Shown in pieces: positions 38,905 through 49,320 of a stretch of DNA of 64,000 bases (position 1 is its first letter; every line of letters starts with the position of its first letter). The translations under genes were made by a program, and so were the position numbers. This DNA is from Vampirovibrionaceae bacterium NZW_1234. Its GTDB lineage: Bacteria > Cyanobacteriota > Vampirovibrionia > Vampirovibrionales > JAGQHJ01. The notes below the pieces were generated by a model that saw only the letters and a program-made list of their open reading frames with translations, did not search any database and was not told where the DNA came from. The DNA lies in contig JBGUGD010000035.1 of the NCBI GenBank assembly GCA_041697335.1, positions 159,151 to 223,150 of the forward strand, written 5' to 3'.

Positions 38905-40686
38905 ATGATCAAACAAACCCTGCTGACCCATTTGCGTAACGCGTTGCATCAGCATGCCGCTCAATTGAACTTGACCGACCCCGACGCTGCCCTGGGGCTT
39001 CTGAACATTGAACGCCCCCGACAGGCTGAGCATGGCGACTATGCCGTCAATGTCTCTCCGTTGGCCAAGCTGGCCCGGATGGGGCCACCACAAATTGCCC
39101 CCATTATTGCGTCCGGCCTCAGCGCCGAAGACTGGTCTCCCAGTGTGATCGGTGGGTTTATCAACGTCCGCGTTAGCCCAGCCCTCTTGCGACAAGCACT
39201 GACCACTATGGCGCTCGTTACAAAACCTGGCCAAAACACATCTCTTGCTGAAACACAGTGTCTGCTGGAGTTCGTCTCGGCTAACCCCACCGGCCCCTTA
39301 CACATTGGCCATGGACGCTGGGTGGCCTTAGGTGACTCCTTGGCACGATTGATGACCCACTGCGGCGCACATGTTACCAAAGAATTTTATATCAACGATG
39401 CCGGCAGCCAGATGAACAATATGGCCCAGAGCCTTTGGTATCGTTGCCTTGAGATTCTGGGAACCGGTGGCAAGCTGCCTGAGCCCATCGAAGGTCAGAA
39501 ATACCCATTTTATCCTGGTGAGTACGTGATAGACGCCGCAAAAGTCTTCCTTGAGACTCATAAGGACCGCGTGTTGGCTTGGGACAACCCCGAACATCAA
39601 GCCCCTCCGGATGCCATTGATGCTTTGAAAGCTTACGGAAAAACCGTCATGTTGGACCAACAGAAAACCTTGATGGCCCAATGCCGCCTGGAATTCGATG
39701 TCTGGTTCTCCGAATCGACCTTGCACGAACAAGGGCAAGTCAAAGCTACATTGGCAACTCTCCAAGACCGCGGGATGACCTATGAGCAAGATGGGGCAAT
39801 CTGGTTCGCGTCCTCTCGTTTTGGCGATGACCAGGACCGGGTTTTAGTCAAATCTGACGGCAACTATACATATCTGACTGCCGACATTGCCTACCACGAC
39901 AATAAATATCGTCGAGACAACGGGAAATATAACCGCTTCATCAACATCTGGGGTGCCGATCACCATGGCTATATCCCGCGCATGAAGGCCGCTGTAGAAG
40001 CCTTGGGCTTTAACCCGGACCAGTTGGAAATTCTATTGGGCCAATTGGTTAACTTAATTGTAGATGGTGAGCGAACTAGGATGGGCAAGCGCAAAAAAAT
40101 GCTCACACTGGGAGACTTGGTCGACGAAGTGGGTGTCGATGCAGTTCGTTTTTGGATGGTCTCGAAAAGTCAGGACACGGCTTTGGACTTCAATGTTGAA
40201 TTGGCTGCATCTTCTTCCGATGAAAACCCGGTGTTTTATGTTCAGTACGCCCACGCCCGTTGCGCCAGCATCTTGCGTAATGCCTTCCAACCACGTCTGG
40301 ACACCAATACCCAGGAGACCCGTCCTGCGATTCTTGAAGAAACTCAATGGCAGGCCTATTTAACTGGGCTTAGTCCAGACAGCCTGGTTGCCCTGTTCGA
40401 AACCCTGGACAATAAGCAGGCCCAGGCTGCTCTGCGGGAGTTGATCCTAAAAATTGACAGCTTTGATGACCGCGTTCCCGAAGCCGCCCGCCAACGTTTA
40501 CCACACATCATCGCTCGCTATACCATGGACTTGTCAGCCGAATTCCACCGGTTTTATAATGTCTGCCGCATCCTCGTCCCGGATCCCCAGCTGGCTCAAG
40601 TGCGTTTGGTCGTCATTTATACTTTAAAGCGAGTTCTGGCGCAGGCACTGGATCTCTTGGGGGTTTCAGCTCCAGAGCAAATGTAA
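38905..40686 (+). CDS. argS: Arginine--tRNA ligase
   Basis: EFVSANPTGPLHIGHGR, YLTADIAYH, WGADHHGY, YVQYAHAR, LLGVSAPEQM. Confidence 0.98.
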   Translation: MIKQTLLTHLRNALHQHAAQLNLTDPDAALGLLNIERPRQAEHGDYAVNVSPLAKLARMGPPQIAPIIASGLSAEDWSPSVIGGFINVRVSPALLRQALTTMALVTKPGQNTSLAETQCLLEFVSANPTGPLHIGHGRWVALGDSLARLMTHCGAHVTKEFYINDAGSQMNNMAQSLWYRCLEILGTGGKLPEPIEGQKYPFYPGEYVIDAAKVFLETHKDRVLAWDNPEHQAPPDAIDALKAYGKTVMLDQQKTLMAQCRLEFDVWFSESTLHEQGQVKATLATLQDRGMTYEQDGAIWFASSRFGDDQDRVLVKSDGNYTYLTADIAYHDNKYRRDNGKYNRFINIWGADHHGYIPRMKAAVEALGFNPDQLEILLGQLVNLIVDGERTRMGKRKKMLTLGDLVDEVGVDAVRFWMVSKSQDTALDFNVELAASSSDENPVFYVQYAHARCASILRNAFQPRLDTNTQETRPAILEETQWQAYLTGLSPDSLVALFETLDNKQAQAALRELILKIDSFDDRVPEAARQRLPHIIARYTMDLSAEFHRFYNVCRILVPDPQLAQVRLVVIYTLKRVLAQALDLLGVSAPEQM

Positions 40687-40846
40687 CATTCCATTGCATT
40701 GTCACTAACCCATCGAAAAGAGGGTCAGTGGGCACTTTGAGCCTCACGCTCGTCTGCACTTCCATTTTTTTCGCTAGTCATTCATGCCTGTTTTATCTAT
40801 AATTGCGACCTCAAAGTGAGGATTGGGATGATCTGGGGAGGATCAC

Positions 40847-42586
40847 ATGACTATTCATGCGTTGGGTATCAAACGCCCGCATTTGGCTCAAGCGCCACAA
40901 CGGATGTTCTTTGGCAACAACCCCGTCAATTATGAAAAAGACATCCAGGTCCAACTGGAACCACAACCCCTCAAGACGGTTCCTATTCAAGAACAATCAG
41001 GAATTGCCCGCTTATTTCTGCAGCCAACCAATCAGGTGAGTAATCTCTTTACCCCGGAAGGGCCTGTAGGTACCCATGTGGCTGCGCTCTTGCAAAAGCT
41101 GATCAATGAACGCCGACCCGAGCCCTTGAAAGACACCGTGGGCAATATTATTAGTCCCTTTAAACCCGATAGCAAGAAGATGGATCATAGCGTTCTACAA
41201 GCCCTGCGCCAAGGCTTAAATACGTTGCCCAATCAGTCGAAGACGGTTCACATTCAATTGCCTCCTCAAATAAAATCACCTGGTTTTTTAGCAAGAGAAA
41301 TCGCAGAAGAAGCGACGTTACGCGGCTACAACAATCGACTACACCGACAGAACAATCAATTTGAGTCGCAATTAAGCAGCATCCAAGTCCATGCGCTCGC
41401 CCCCTATCACCACGTGTTTCAGCAACTTTCTGAAGGACAGGCCATTGGCAAAGGCACTAACCTAGCCAAATTTCTGGTAGACGCCCCACCCAACCTAAAA
41501 AATCCTCAATGGGTCAGTCTTCAAGCCAAGACCATGGCCGATGCCTTCCCGGAAATCAAGACCCATATCCATGAGCGCCCTTGGATTGAAGCTCAGCGGA
41601 TGGGTATGTTCCTGTCTGTGGCCGCCGGGAATCAGCAGCGCCTGGAAGACCAGCCACGTCTTCTGGAAATGATTTATACCCCTCCCGGAGGCAACTATGA
41701 CAAAACCATCATGCTTGTGGGCAAAGGCATTATCTTTGATACCGGTGGCACCAATCTAAAAAACGGCAGTGATGCCAAGAGCGGCAAACTCTATATTCAT
41801 GGCATGCATGGCGATATGGCCGGTGCAGCTGCTGTCATTGGAGCCATGAAGACAATAGCGATGATGAAAGTACCTCATGTTCGTGTGGTGGCCCTAACCC
41901 CATTAACCCCCAATCGCATTGGCGAAAACGCCACGTTGCCGCACAGTATTGTTACGGCCAGAAGCGGCAAACGGGTTGAAGTGTCCAATACGGACGCTGA
42001 AGGACGCTTAATCCTGGGTGATGCCATGCATTACGGTGCAGAGAAGTATTCGCCAGACTTGATTATCGATATTGCCACGCTTACGGGCGGGAAAGTCGGG
42101 GCGCTGGGGGATAAAAATTCCGTAGCGGTGATGGGCAACTCCCTGGCCTTGACCAAACGCTTTACCAAACTTGAAGAATCCTTAGGGCGTAAAGCGGCGG
42201 CCGTGGAACTGACAGACGCCCATCGACGCTGGGTCACCAAGGATGGGAAAGGAAAAGCCGATATCTACAATTCGGTTGCCATGAAAGCCGGATCACAATT
42301 CGGTGTCTATGGAAAAGGCGTCGAGTTTGAACGAGAGAAGCATATCATCCATCACTCGGCTCAAGGTGGCGCTTTCCTCAAGGAATTTCTACCAAATCCT
42401 AAAACACCCTGGATTCATCTGGACATTGCCGGAGCCGAATTTGAAGCACAGGAGCACTTGGGCAACGAAGAGTATGCCACGGGTTTTGGGGTAAAAGATC
42501 TGTATATGATGGTTGATCAGGTGAGCAAGAACCAGCTGAAACTGACTATGCCATCAAGACTGTCGACCCCAAAAACTTCTGAATAA
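40847..42586 (+). CDS. M17 leucyl aminopeptidase family protein with a divergent N-terminus
   Basis: VGKGIIFDTGG..LK, DMAGAA, NTDAEGRLIL, DIATLTG, WIHLDIAG. Confidence 0.92.
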   Translation: MTIHALGIKRPHLAQAPQRMFFGNNPVNYEKDIQVQLEPQPLKTVPIQEQSGIARLFLQPTNQVSNLFTPEGPVGTHVAALLQKLINERRPEPLKDTVGNIISPFKPDSKKMDHSVLQALRQGLNTLPNQSKTVHIQLPPQIKSPGFLAREIAEEATLRGYNNRLHRQNNQFESQLSSIQVHALAPYHHVFQQLSEGQAIGKGTNLAKFLVDAPPNLKNPQWVSLQAKTMADAFPEIKTHIHERPWIEAQRMGMFLSVAAGNQQRLEDQPRLLEMIYTPPGGNYDKTIMLVGKGIIFDTGGTNLKNGSDAKSGKLYIHGMHGDMAGAAAVIGAMKTIAMMKVPHVRVVALTPLTPNRIGENATLPHSIVTARSGKRVEVSNTDAEGRLILGDAMHYGAEKYSPDLIIDIATLTGGKVGALGDKNSVAVMGNSLALTKRFTKLEESLGRKAAAVELTDAHRRWVTKDGKGKADIYNSVAMKAGSQFGVYGKGVEFEREKHIIHHSAQGGAFLKEFLPNPKTPWIHLDIAGAEFEAQEHLGNEEYATGFGVKDLYMMVDQVSKNQLKLTMPSRLSTPKTSE

Positions 42587-42591
42587 GCGAC

Positions 42592-42634
42592 ATGTTCCGG
42601 CTCAGCTCTGAAGACAGAAACCGGGCCGGAACAT
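42592..42634. terminator. Hairpin between convergent genes
   Basis: ATGTTCCGGCTC...GGGCCGGAACAT. Confidence 0.6.
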
Positions 42635-42659
42635 CGATAAATTTAATGGATGCTATAAA

Positions 42660-43199
42660 TCAGTCCGTGTAGGCAATCATGGCATGGATGGGCACATCTG
42701 CCGGCAAGGCCTGACGGCCATTCAGCGGAGATAATTCAATCATAAACAACACGCCCACAATGTCGGCTTGCAAACGACGAGCCAGGGTAATCGTGGCATT
42801 TGCCGTGCCACCCGTGGCCAGCAGATCATCAATAATGGCGATCTTGCTGTTTGGAGGAAAGGCATCGGCATGCATTTCAATACAATCAGAACCATATTCC
42901 AAGTCGTACTCATGGCGTTCAACCAACCCAGGTAATTTCCCCATTTTCCGAGCCGGAACGAAGCCTACACCCATGCGCTGAGCCAGTGGCGCTCCCAGAA
43001 TAAAGCCTCTGGATTCGATACCCACGATGTATTCAACACCGCTATCTTTCAGTTGCGCTTCAAACCAACGCAAGGTTTCTTCAAACAGCTTGGCATCTTT
43101 TAAAATCGGTGTAATGTCCCGGAACAAAATCCCGGGTTTTGGGAAATCAGGCACATTGCGAATGGTCTCTTTAATCTGATCAACGGACATTAATGGCAT
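42660..43199 (-). CDS. apt: Adenine phosphoribosyltransferase
   Basis: VPDFPKPGILFRDIT, GIESRGF, RKMGKLPG, IIDDLLATGGT. Confidence 0.97.
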   Translation of the reverse strand: MPLMSVDQIKETIRNVPDFPKPGILFRDITPILKDAKLFEETLRWFEAQLKDSGVEYIVGIESRGFILGAPLAQRMGVGFVPARKMGKLPGLVERHEYDLEYGSDCIEMHADAFPPNSKIAIIDDLLATGGTANATITLARRLQADIVGVLFMIELSPLNGRQALPADVPIHAMIAYTD

Positions 43200-45819
43200 G
43201 GTGCTCCCTTTCTTGGTTCACTCGATAAGTTCCAGACATAGCTTCCAGGGCGACAGAGGATTTGATAACTTGCAGCGGTGCAGTCATCAACCACTCCCGG
43301 AATTGATGGACTTCTTGCAAGGCCGTACGAAAAGCTCGGTACTCAATAAACTCGTGAAGGGCTTGCTCGGTTGACATCTGATCCGGCAAAGGCTGAATCT
43401 TTACAGTATCCTCTTCGGCTAACACAGTAACTGCCGCCCATCCCAGGCGACTCAGCATACTAAGCGCTGTCATCACCACATAATGTGTGGTAGAAAGATA
43501 CATAGCCAGCTGGTTTAGGCAAATGACCAAGCTACCCTCGGGGTGCGACTTGGTAAGACGAAGCAAGAGCTTCATAAGCCCTTCTAAAAATTCTCGAGGC
43601 GGTCGATATAACGGAATGGTCTCATATTTGCTGCCCAACAAATGAATCACTTTGGGATCCTGGGCACGCATCACCTGAACCAGTCCGACCATATCTGGAG
43701 GCAAATCCCAAAAAATAAGATTATGAGCTGGTTTATCAGGCTTATCGTCTAAGCGACTGCAAAAATCAGGTTGGACAACCGGGAACGGTAAAGTCTGCTG
43801 GGTTCCCTCGCAAAAGATGCGGCAAATTACACTTGTCTGACCTGCTTGAGTCGAAGGGAGAATAACTTGGGTTAAGAAACTCTCAATGCCGTCTCGCCCA
43901 CGATGATCAATCCATTGCACTGACTCAGGTAACTCAGGAACAGGGATAGGTGCTGTGGTTACCAGAGACTCTGACTTTACCACACGGCTACCCAGCTCAA
44001 CAGCAGAGACCGTTTCAGGCATATCAACCGAAACAGGTTGTGGAGAAGGCATCGCCTTTGGAGCCACCAAACTCTGAACCGCAATGGCCTCCGGACGGGA
44101 TTCATCCTGAAGGTCTTTCAAAATAAGTTGAACTTTACTGCTGCCATTAAACGTATTTAATTCAGCCGTGAAGGCCGCACGATAAGTGCTATTTGCATTC
44201 AGTTTGGCACGTTCACGCCCCCAATCCCAGTAAACAGCTTCCAGATACTGGCCAGGTTCTTTGCCGGACAATATCACTTTCAAATGTCGCTGATCCTCAC
44301 CCATCATGCGCTGAGCACCCACACCAGCATGCTCGAGGGCGAAAATGGGCATTGGGTTGTTTTGCCCAAAGGGAGCCATCCGATTCACAATGTCAACCAG
44401 GTGTGTATTGATCTGGCTGGCGTTTAACGTCATATCCACCCAGGTGATGGGTATCATATCGTGCTCGGCAATACGCTCGGCACAAAGCTGAAACAGGCGG
44501 GACTTCAACTTTTGCAGATCGGATTGCTTAATGGCAAACCCAGCAGCACCGGCGTGCCCTCCCCAACGCAAGAATAAATCCTCTAAAGCCTGTAGATTGT
44601 GATGCATGTCAAAGCTCTCAATACTACGGGCTGAAAACCGGACTTCCTGACTGGCATCATCAACATAGCCTAAAAATGCAGGGCGTTGGTATTTATCGAT
44701 TAGCCGGGTTGCGACCAAGCCAACAATACCCTGGTTCCATTCTTTGCTGGCCATGATAATGGCTTTCTGATCCGTCAGCTCCCCTGTGGACAGCAGATGC
44801 CGCTCCGCTTCAAGCAGGCATTGTTCAACCAGGTCCTTACGACGCCGATTAAGTTGCTCAAGCTTGGCTGCCAATTGACGAGCCCGATCTTCATCGGAGG
44901 TGGTTAAAAGTTCAACTGCTTCTGCGGCGTTCGACAGGCGACCAATGGCATTCAGACGGGGACCAAGACCAAAACCTAAGACTTGTGTCGTCATTGGGGC
45001 CGTTTCGTTAATATTGGCTTCCAGCAATAAGGCCCGAATACCAGTTCGCTCACGACGAGCCATCACATCCAGGCCACGCCATACCAAATAGCGATTCTCG
45101 CGAAGCAAGGGCACCATATCTACGACGGTTCCCAGGGCCACCAAATCCAACAGAGCATCAATTTGGGCTTGAGGCATCTCATAGGACGCCATCAATGTTT
45201 CACAAAGCTTATAGGCAACCCCCACCCCAGCCAAATGTATCAATGGCGAGGATCCAGGCAAGAGCTTGGGATTCAAAATGGCAAAGGCCGGCGGCAAATG
45301 TTCCGGAAGCTCATGGTGATCCGTAATAATAGTGTCCACACCCAGGCCGTTTAAAAGCGACACCTCGTTAAAATTGGTAATCCCCGTATCCGTCGACACC
45401 ACCAGCTTGACCTGACGTGTGCTGACCAGGCGAATGAGTGCGGTTGTATTCAAGCCATGGCCTTCGGTATGCCGATCTGGCACATAATAGCTGACATTTG
45501 CCCGAAGGGCTGACAATGCCTCATAGAGAACCGATGTGCCAGTAATACCATCCACATCGAAATCCCCGAAGATCAAAATATGTTCTTGAGCCTCAATTGC
45601 CTTCTGCAAACGCTGAATCGCCTTCTCCATATCCGGAAAAGAAGACCCAGACGCAGGCGCATAATTCTCAAGGTTTAAAAAGGCACGAGCTTCTTCAGGG
45701 TCTGTAATTCCTCGGATGGCCAACAGCTTGGCTAAAATCGGTAACCCATCCGCTGCATCAATCAACTCTTTAGAGACACTTGAAATATTTGCCTCTTTAT
45801 ACTTCCAGATACGGCTCAC
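43180..45819 (-). CDS. recJ: Single-stranded DNA exonuclease RecJ with a long C-terminal extension
   Basis: GDFDVDG, TDTG, TDHH, GTVVDMVPL..ENR, PRLNAIGRL, GGHAGAAG, PFGQNNP. Confidence 0.94.
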   Translation of the reverse strand: MSRIWKYKEANISSVSKELIDAADGLPILAKLLAIRGITDPEEARAFLNLENYAPASGSSFPDMEKAIQRLQKAIEAQEHILIFGDFDVDGITGTSVLYEALSALRANVSYYVPDRHTEGHGLNTTALIRLVSTRQVKLVVSTDTGITNFNEVSLLNGLGVDTIITDHHELPEHLPPAFAILNPKLLPGSSPLIHLAGVGVAYKLCETLMASYEMPQAQIDALLDLVALGTVVDMVPLLRENRYLVWRGLDVMARRERTGIRALLLEANINETAPMTTQVLGFGLGPRLNAIGRLSNAAEAVELLTTSDEDRARQLAAKLEQLNRRRKDLVEQCLLEAERHLLSTGELTDQKAIIMASKEWNQGIVGLVATRLIDKYQRPAFLGYVDDASQEVRFSARSIESFDMHHNLQALEDLFLRWGGHAGAAGFAIKQSDLQKLKSRLFQLCAERIAEHDMIPITWVDMTLNASQINTHLVDIVNRMAPFGQNNPMPIFALEHAGVGAQRMMGEDQRHLKVILSGKEPGQYLEAVYWDWGRERAKLNANSTYRAAFTAELNTFNGSSKVQLILKDLQDESRPEAIAVQSLVAPKAMPSPQPVSVDMPETVSAVELGSRVVKSESLVTTAPIPVPELPESVQWIDHRGRDGIESFLTQVILPSTQAGQTSVICRIFCEGTQQTLPFPVVQPDFCSRLDDKPDKPAHNLIFWDLPPDMVGLVQVMRAQDPKVIHLLGSKYETIPLYRPPREFLEGLMKLLLRLTKSHPEGSLVICLNQLAMYLSTTHYVVMTALSMLSRLGWAAVTVLAEEDTVKIQPLPDQMSTEQALHEFIEYRAFRTALQEVHQFREWLMTAPLQVIKSSVALEAMSGTYRVNQEREHHAINVR

Positions 45820-45994
45820 AGGGGCCGATACTCCCTTCTTTCATATGACAACCATTCCCTACAGGGCGTGTCCTGATTGTACTGTAATATTCTACCAATC
45901 GCATCAAAAATAATCCGGGTTTCGCCAAACAACGTACCGCTCTCATCATGGACCATTTTTGAAGTCAGGCACTTTTTTGCCTATAATGGCCGCT

Positions 45995-46624
45995 ATGAAT
46001 TCTCCGACTCATCTTCCCACTGTTGTGGCCATTACTGCAGCCTCCAGTAGCATTCTCGGGTTTGAAATGATCAAAGCCTTGCTCCTTCTGGATCAGCCTG
46101 TGGAATGCATTATTAGTACCCACTCTTACCAAGTGATTCAAGAAGAAATGAAACTGAACTTGACAACTGGTTCAGAACAGGAGAAGGCAATTCTGCACAG
46201 CCTTAATTTGGACACAGATCGGTATCGACCACTTCTCCAGTGCCATAATAATAAAAATATTGGTGCTCCACCTGCCAGCGGAACTCACTTAACCCGAGGC
46301 ATGGTGATTATCCCCTGTTCCATGGGAACATTAGGGAAAATCACCGCAGGTATTTCAGACAATCTCATTACCCGCTCGGCAGATGTCATACTCAAAGAAC
46401 GTCGCCCTTTAATTCTTGTTCCCAGAGAAAGCCCGCTCAACCAGATCCATCTTCAAAACATGCTGACATTGACCCAAGCCGGAGCCCTCATTATGCCGCC
46501 TGTCTTGTCGTTTTATCAGGAGGCGTTTCACTCCATCCAGGGCCAAATCAACTATACAATTGGAAAAGTCCTGGACCACTTAGGCTTAACCCACCACCAC
46601 CTATTCCCGAGATGGGGCATGTAG
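45995..46624 (+). CDS. ubiX: Flavin prenyltransferase
   Basis: PASGT, IPCSMGTL, NLITRSADVILKERRPLILVPRESP, FY; start uncertain. Confidence 0.9.
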   Translation: MNSPTHLPTVVAITAASSSILGFEMIKALLLLDQPVECIISTHSYQVIQEEMKLNLTTGSEQEKAILHSLNLDTDRYRPLLQCHNNKNIGAPPASGTHLTRGMVIIPCSMGTLGKITAGISDNLITRSADVILKERRPLILVPRESPLNQIHLQNMLTLTQAGALIMPPVLSFYQEAFHSIQGQINYTIGKVLDHLGLTHHHLFPRWGM

Positions 46625-46954
46625 CCGATCTTCATCCGGATCACCATCAAAATCCGCATCCGAAAAAGGAAATGGAGCAGGCGGCTGCTTAAAGGTGGAC
46701 TTGTACAGGAAAGAAATGTCGAACGCCACGCCACTTTCTTCCAAGTGATGCTTAACGGTAAACATCTCATACAAGGCATTGGCAAAGGCTTGACCCAGAT
46801 TTTCCGGGAAAACCTGCCCACAAATCTGGCATTCAACAATTTCTTTGTCTCGAAACCTTAGAACGCTAACGTTAAATTCATTGCCACAGATGGAACAATG
46901 CACGGTTACCCGGGGGTAACTATTGGCAGGCCGATTCATATAACCGCGAGGCAC
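46601..46954 (-). CDS. Small Zn-ribbon protein
   Basis: CSICG and CQICG pairs; acidic tail. Confidence 0.7.
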   Translation of the reverse strand: MPRGYMNRPANSYPRVTVHCSICGNEFNVSVLRFRDKEIVECQICGQVFPENLGQAFANALYEMFTVKHHLEESGVAFDISFLYKSTFKQPPAPFPFSDADFDGDPDEDRLHAPSRE

Positions 46955-47021
46955 TTTACTTCCCCTATTTTTTCAGTATCGTTGAAGGGTATTATACACG
47001 GACAAAGCGCTTGTTAACAGA

Positions 47022-48617
47022 ATGACCTGGCTTGATTCTCTGGACGTCTCAATTGCCGAGGCTCTTGAATGCTACCCTGACGCCGTAAGCGTTGCATCGG
47101 TAACCACACCCCATGAGACCTTCCTGGTGTCTCGTGATAGCCTTGCAGATATGCATCATATGCAACTTGGGCATCTACCTCTCTCGGCTATCACTCTGCC
47201 ATATCACCAAAGTGAGATCTTGACTCGCTCTCATGAAGAAAAGCTGGTCCGAAACTTCTCGCATCATCTCACGGACTACTTCCCCAATTATTTTGTGGCG
47301 GCTATTTATGAATTACAATCCTTGTTTGCCCAGACTGGCTTTAAAGCCTATATCATCGGCGGTATCACCCGGGATTTATTGCTGAGCAGCGAACGGCGTT
47401 TTGAAGTTCAGGATGTGGACATTATTATTGAAGGAAAAGCCCTGGATGCCGCCCGTTCAGTATGTGCTCGCTCCAGAAATTTCTCTCTGGAGCAAACCTT
47501 TACCCCCTTTGGTACCCTTAAGCTTGACTACCGTAAACAAATTGCCTTGGATTTTGCCTCAACCCGTAAGGAAGTCTACAGTCATTGCGGCGCACTGCCT
47601 GAAATTGTGGAATTGGGGGTTCCCCTTGAGGTCGACATTATTCGCCGAGACTTCACCATTAATGCTCTGGGCCTCTCCATTGTCCATCCAGGACAAGTTA
47701 TTGACTACACCGGTGGTCTCCAAGACTTAGAGGCTAAAGTGATTCGTATTATTAAGCCCCCCTCTTTCTTTGAAGATCCAACGCGAATTATCCGAGCCCA
47801 TCGCTTTGCCATGCGCTTGGACTTTGCCTGGAGCGACGATACGCTATTGCTGCTGGACCAATTTCTGACTTGGATGCCTGAGGTATACAAAGGTGGAGGC
47901 GATCGGATTCATGAAGAATTGACTCGATTTTTCTCCCATCCGGAAACCGCTTTCAAGCTTCAAGCCTTGGAGTTTTTCCTCTCTAAAGGTCTGCATCGAC
48001 TGATCGATACATCGCTTCCGACCAAAATAGAACTTCCAGTGCCCTTAGGCAAAATCAGTGAACGGATCGAAATTCTTCAACATGCCCTTGGTGATCTGTG
48101 GCGAGAATCCTTAAGCTGGGAGATTTATATCAGCTTTATTTTTATGAGTATTCCCGCAGCTCAGGTCCAAACAGCGATGCATCGTTTGAATTTAAGTCGC
48201 CCCGAGATTGAAACCGTCGAACGCAGTATCCGCTTACTCCATGAGAATATCATTTGCCCCTTGAGTGCGTCTCAAAATCCAATGATGCTGTATGATGTGT
48301 TTCACGGCAAACCCTTAGGAACCGTTTGTGTGGGATTAATTCTGTCCCCTCAGTTTACAGATCCTCTGGAAGCGTTTCTCACCTATAAGCGTACGCTTGA
48401 GCCAATTAAGCTTGAAGTAAGCGGAGATGATATTATAAAACTGGGCGTGCCTCAAGGTGAGCAGGTGGGACGGCTCCTAAAAGCCCTTCACTATGCAAAG
48501 CTACAGGGCAAGGTTGCCCATCGGCTGGATGAGCTAGCCTGGCTGAAAAACCAGTTAGAGAAGGACCAACAGTCCACGCCAGAAGAGTCTGTGGGCACGG
48601 AGAATCCAATACCGTGA
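47022..48617 (+). CDS. cca: Class II tRNA nucleotidyltransferase (CCA- or A-adding)
   Basis: GGITRDLLL, DVDII, RRDFTINAL, EDPTRIIRAHRF. Confidence 0.88.
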   Translation: MTWLDSLDVSIAEALECYPDAVSVASVTTPHETFLVSRDSLADMHHMQLGHLPLSAITLPYHQSEILTRSHEEKLVRNFSHHLTDYFPNYFVAAIYELQSLFAQTGFKAYIIGGITRDLLLSSERRFEVQDVDIIIEGKALDAARSVCARSRNFSLEQTFTPFGTLKLDYRKQIALDFASTRKEVYSHCGALPEIVELGVPLEVDIIRRDFTINALGLSIVHPGQVIDYTGGLQDLEAKVIRIIKPPSFFEDPTRIIRAHRFAMRLDFAWSDDTLLLLDQFLTWMPEVYKGGGDRIHEELTRFFSHPETAFKLQALEFFLSKGLHRLIDTSLPTKIELPVPLGKISERIEILQHALGDLWRESLSWEIYISFIFMSIPAAQVQTAMHRLNLSRPEIETVERSIRLLHENIICPLSASQNPMMLYDVFHGKPLGTVCVGLILSPQFTDPLEAFLTYKRTLEPIKLEVSGDDIIKLGVPQGEQVGRLLKALHYAKLQGKVAHRLDELAWLKNQLEKDQQSTPEESVGTENPIP

Positions 48618-49315
48618 CAATAAAAACCCAACAAGGCATCATGATCCTGGGAACACATCCCACTTGCGGAAAAACCGCTGTGGCGGCGGGCTTGGGTGCG
48701 TCCATGATTGAAGCGGGGTTTCGTGTTCAGGCCTATAAACCCTTGATATTCCGAGACGAACCTCTCCTCGGCCCCGCCCCTGATCAACGATTTTTAAACC
48801 TTGTTACTCAGCAATATATTCAGGCAGATACATTATGCCTACAGTCCGCCTGGGATCTGTCTATGCCGTTGTGGAACCGCATGATTGAACAATGCAAATC
48901 ACTACAATACCCATGCCTTTTGGAAGGTCCCGGCATTGCCAGTACACCCTGGCAACTACTGAATCACCGCTTAATAGACGGGGTCGATGTTGCTCAGCAA
49001 TTGGGCCTGTCAATTATTTTGGTTGCCCCAGCCGGAGAAGACTTTTTGGCCTCGACTCGAAGTGCCCTAGCCTTTATCCGTAGCAAACAGATGGACGCTA
49101 TCGGTATTATTCGGGTTCAAACACAAGCATCCCAAGACCTCGCCCCGGCAGATGCCATGCTCCTCTCTCAACTGGATAACATTACTTTTTTGGGCGATTT
49201 GCCTTACAGCCCCAGCATTGTGGTTTCTAACCAACAGCAAGGAAACCTAATCCGACTGACGCAGGAAAATATCGATCTACTACCCTTACAACTGGGTATT
49301 GGTTTAAAACTATAA
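48614..49315 (+). CDS. bioD: Dethiobiotin synthase-like protein
   Basis: GTHPTCGKT P-loop, AYKP, LLEGPG. Confidence 0.7.
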   Translation: MTIKTQQGIMILGTHPTCGKTAVAAGLGASMIEAGFRVQAYKPLIFRDEPLLGPAPDQRFLNLVTQQYIQADTLCLQSAWDLSMPLWNRMIEQCKSLQYPCLLEGPGIASTPWQLLNHRLIDGVDVAQQLGLSIILVAPAGEDFLASTRSALAFIRSKQMDAIGIIRVQTQASQDLAPADAMLLSQLDNITFLGDLPYSPSIVVSNQQQGNLIRLTQENIDLLPLQLGIGLKL

Positions 49316-49320
49316 CGCCC

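Noticed and set aside
41800..41825. His in MHGDMAG of the M17 peptidase as a lost catalytic Lys
   Set aside because: That position is variable; the catalytic Lys is retained in GGTNLK
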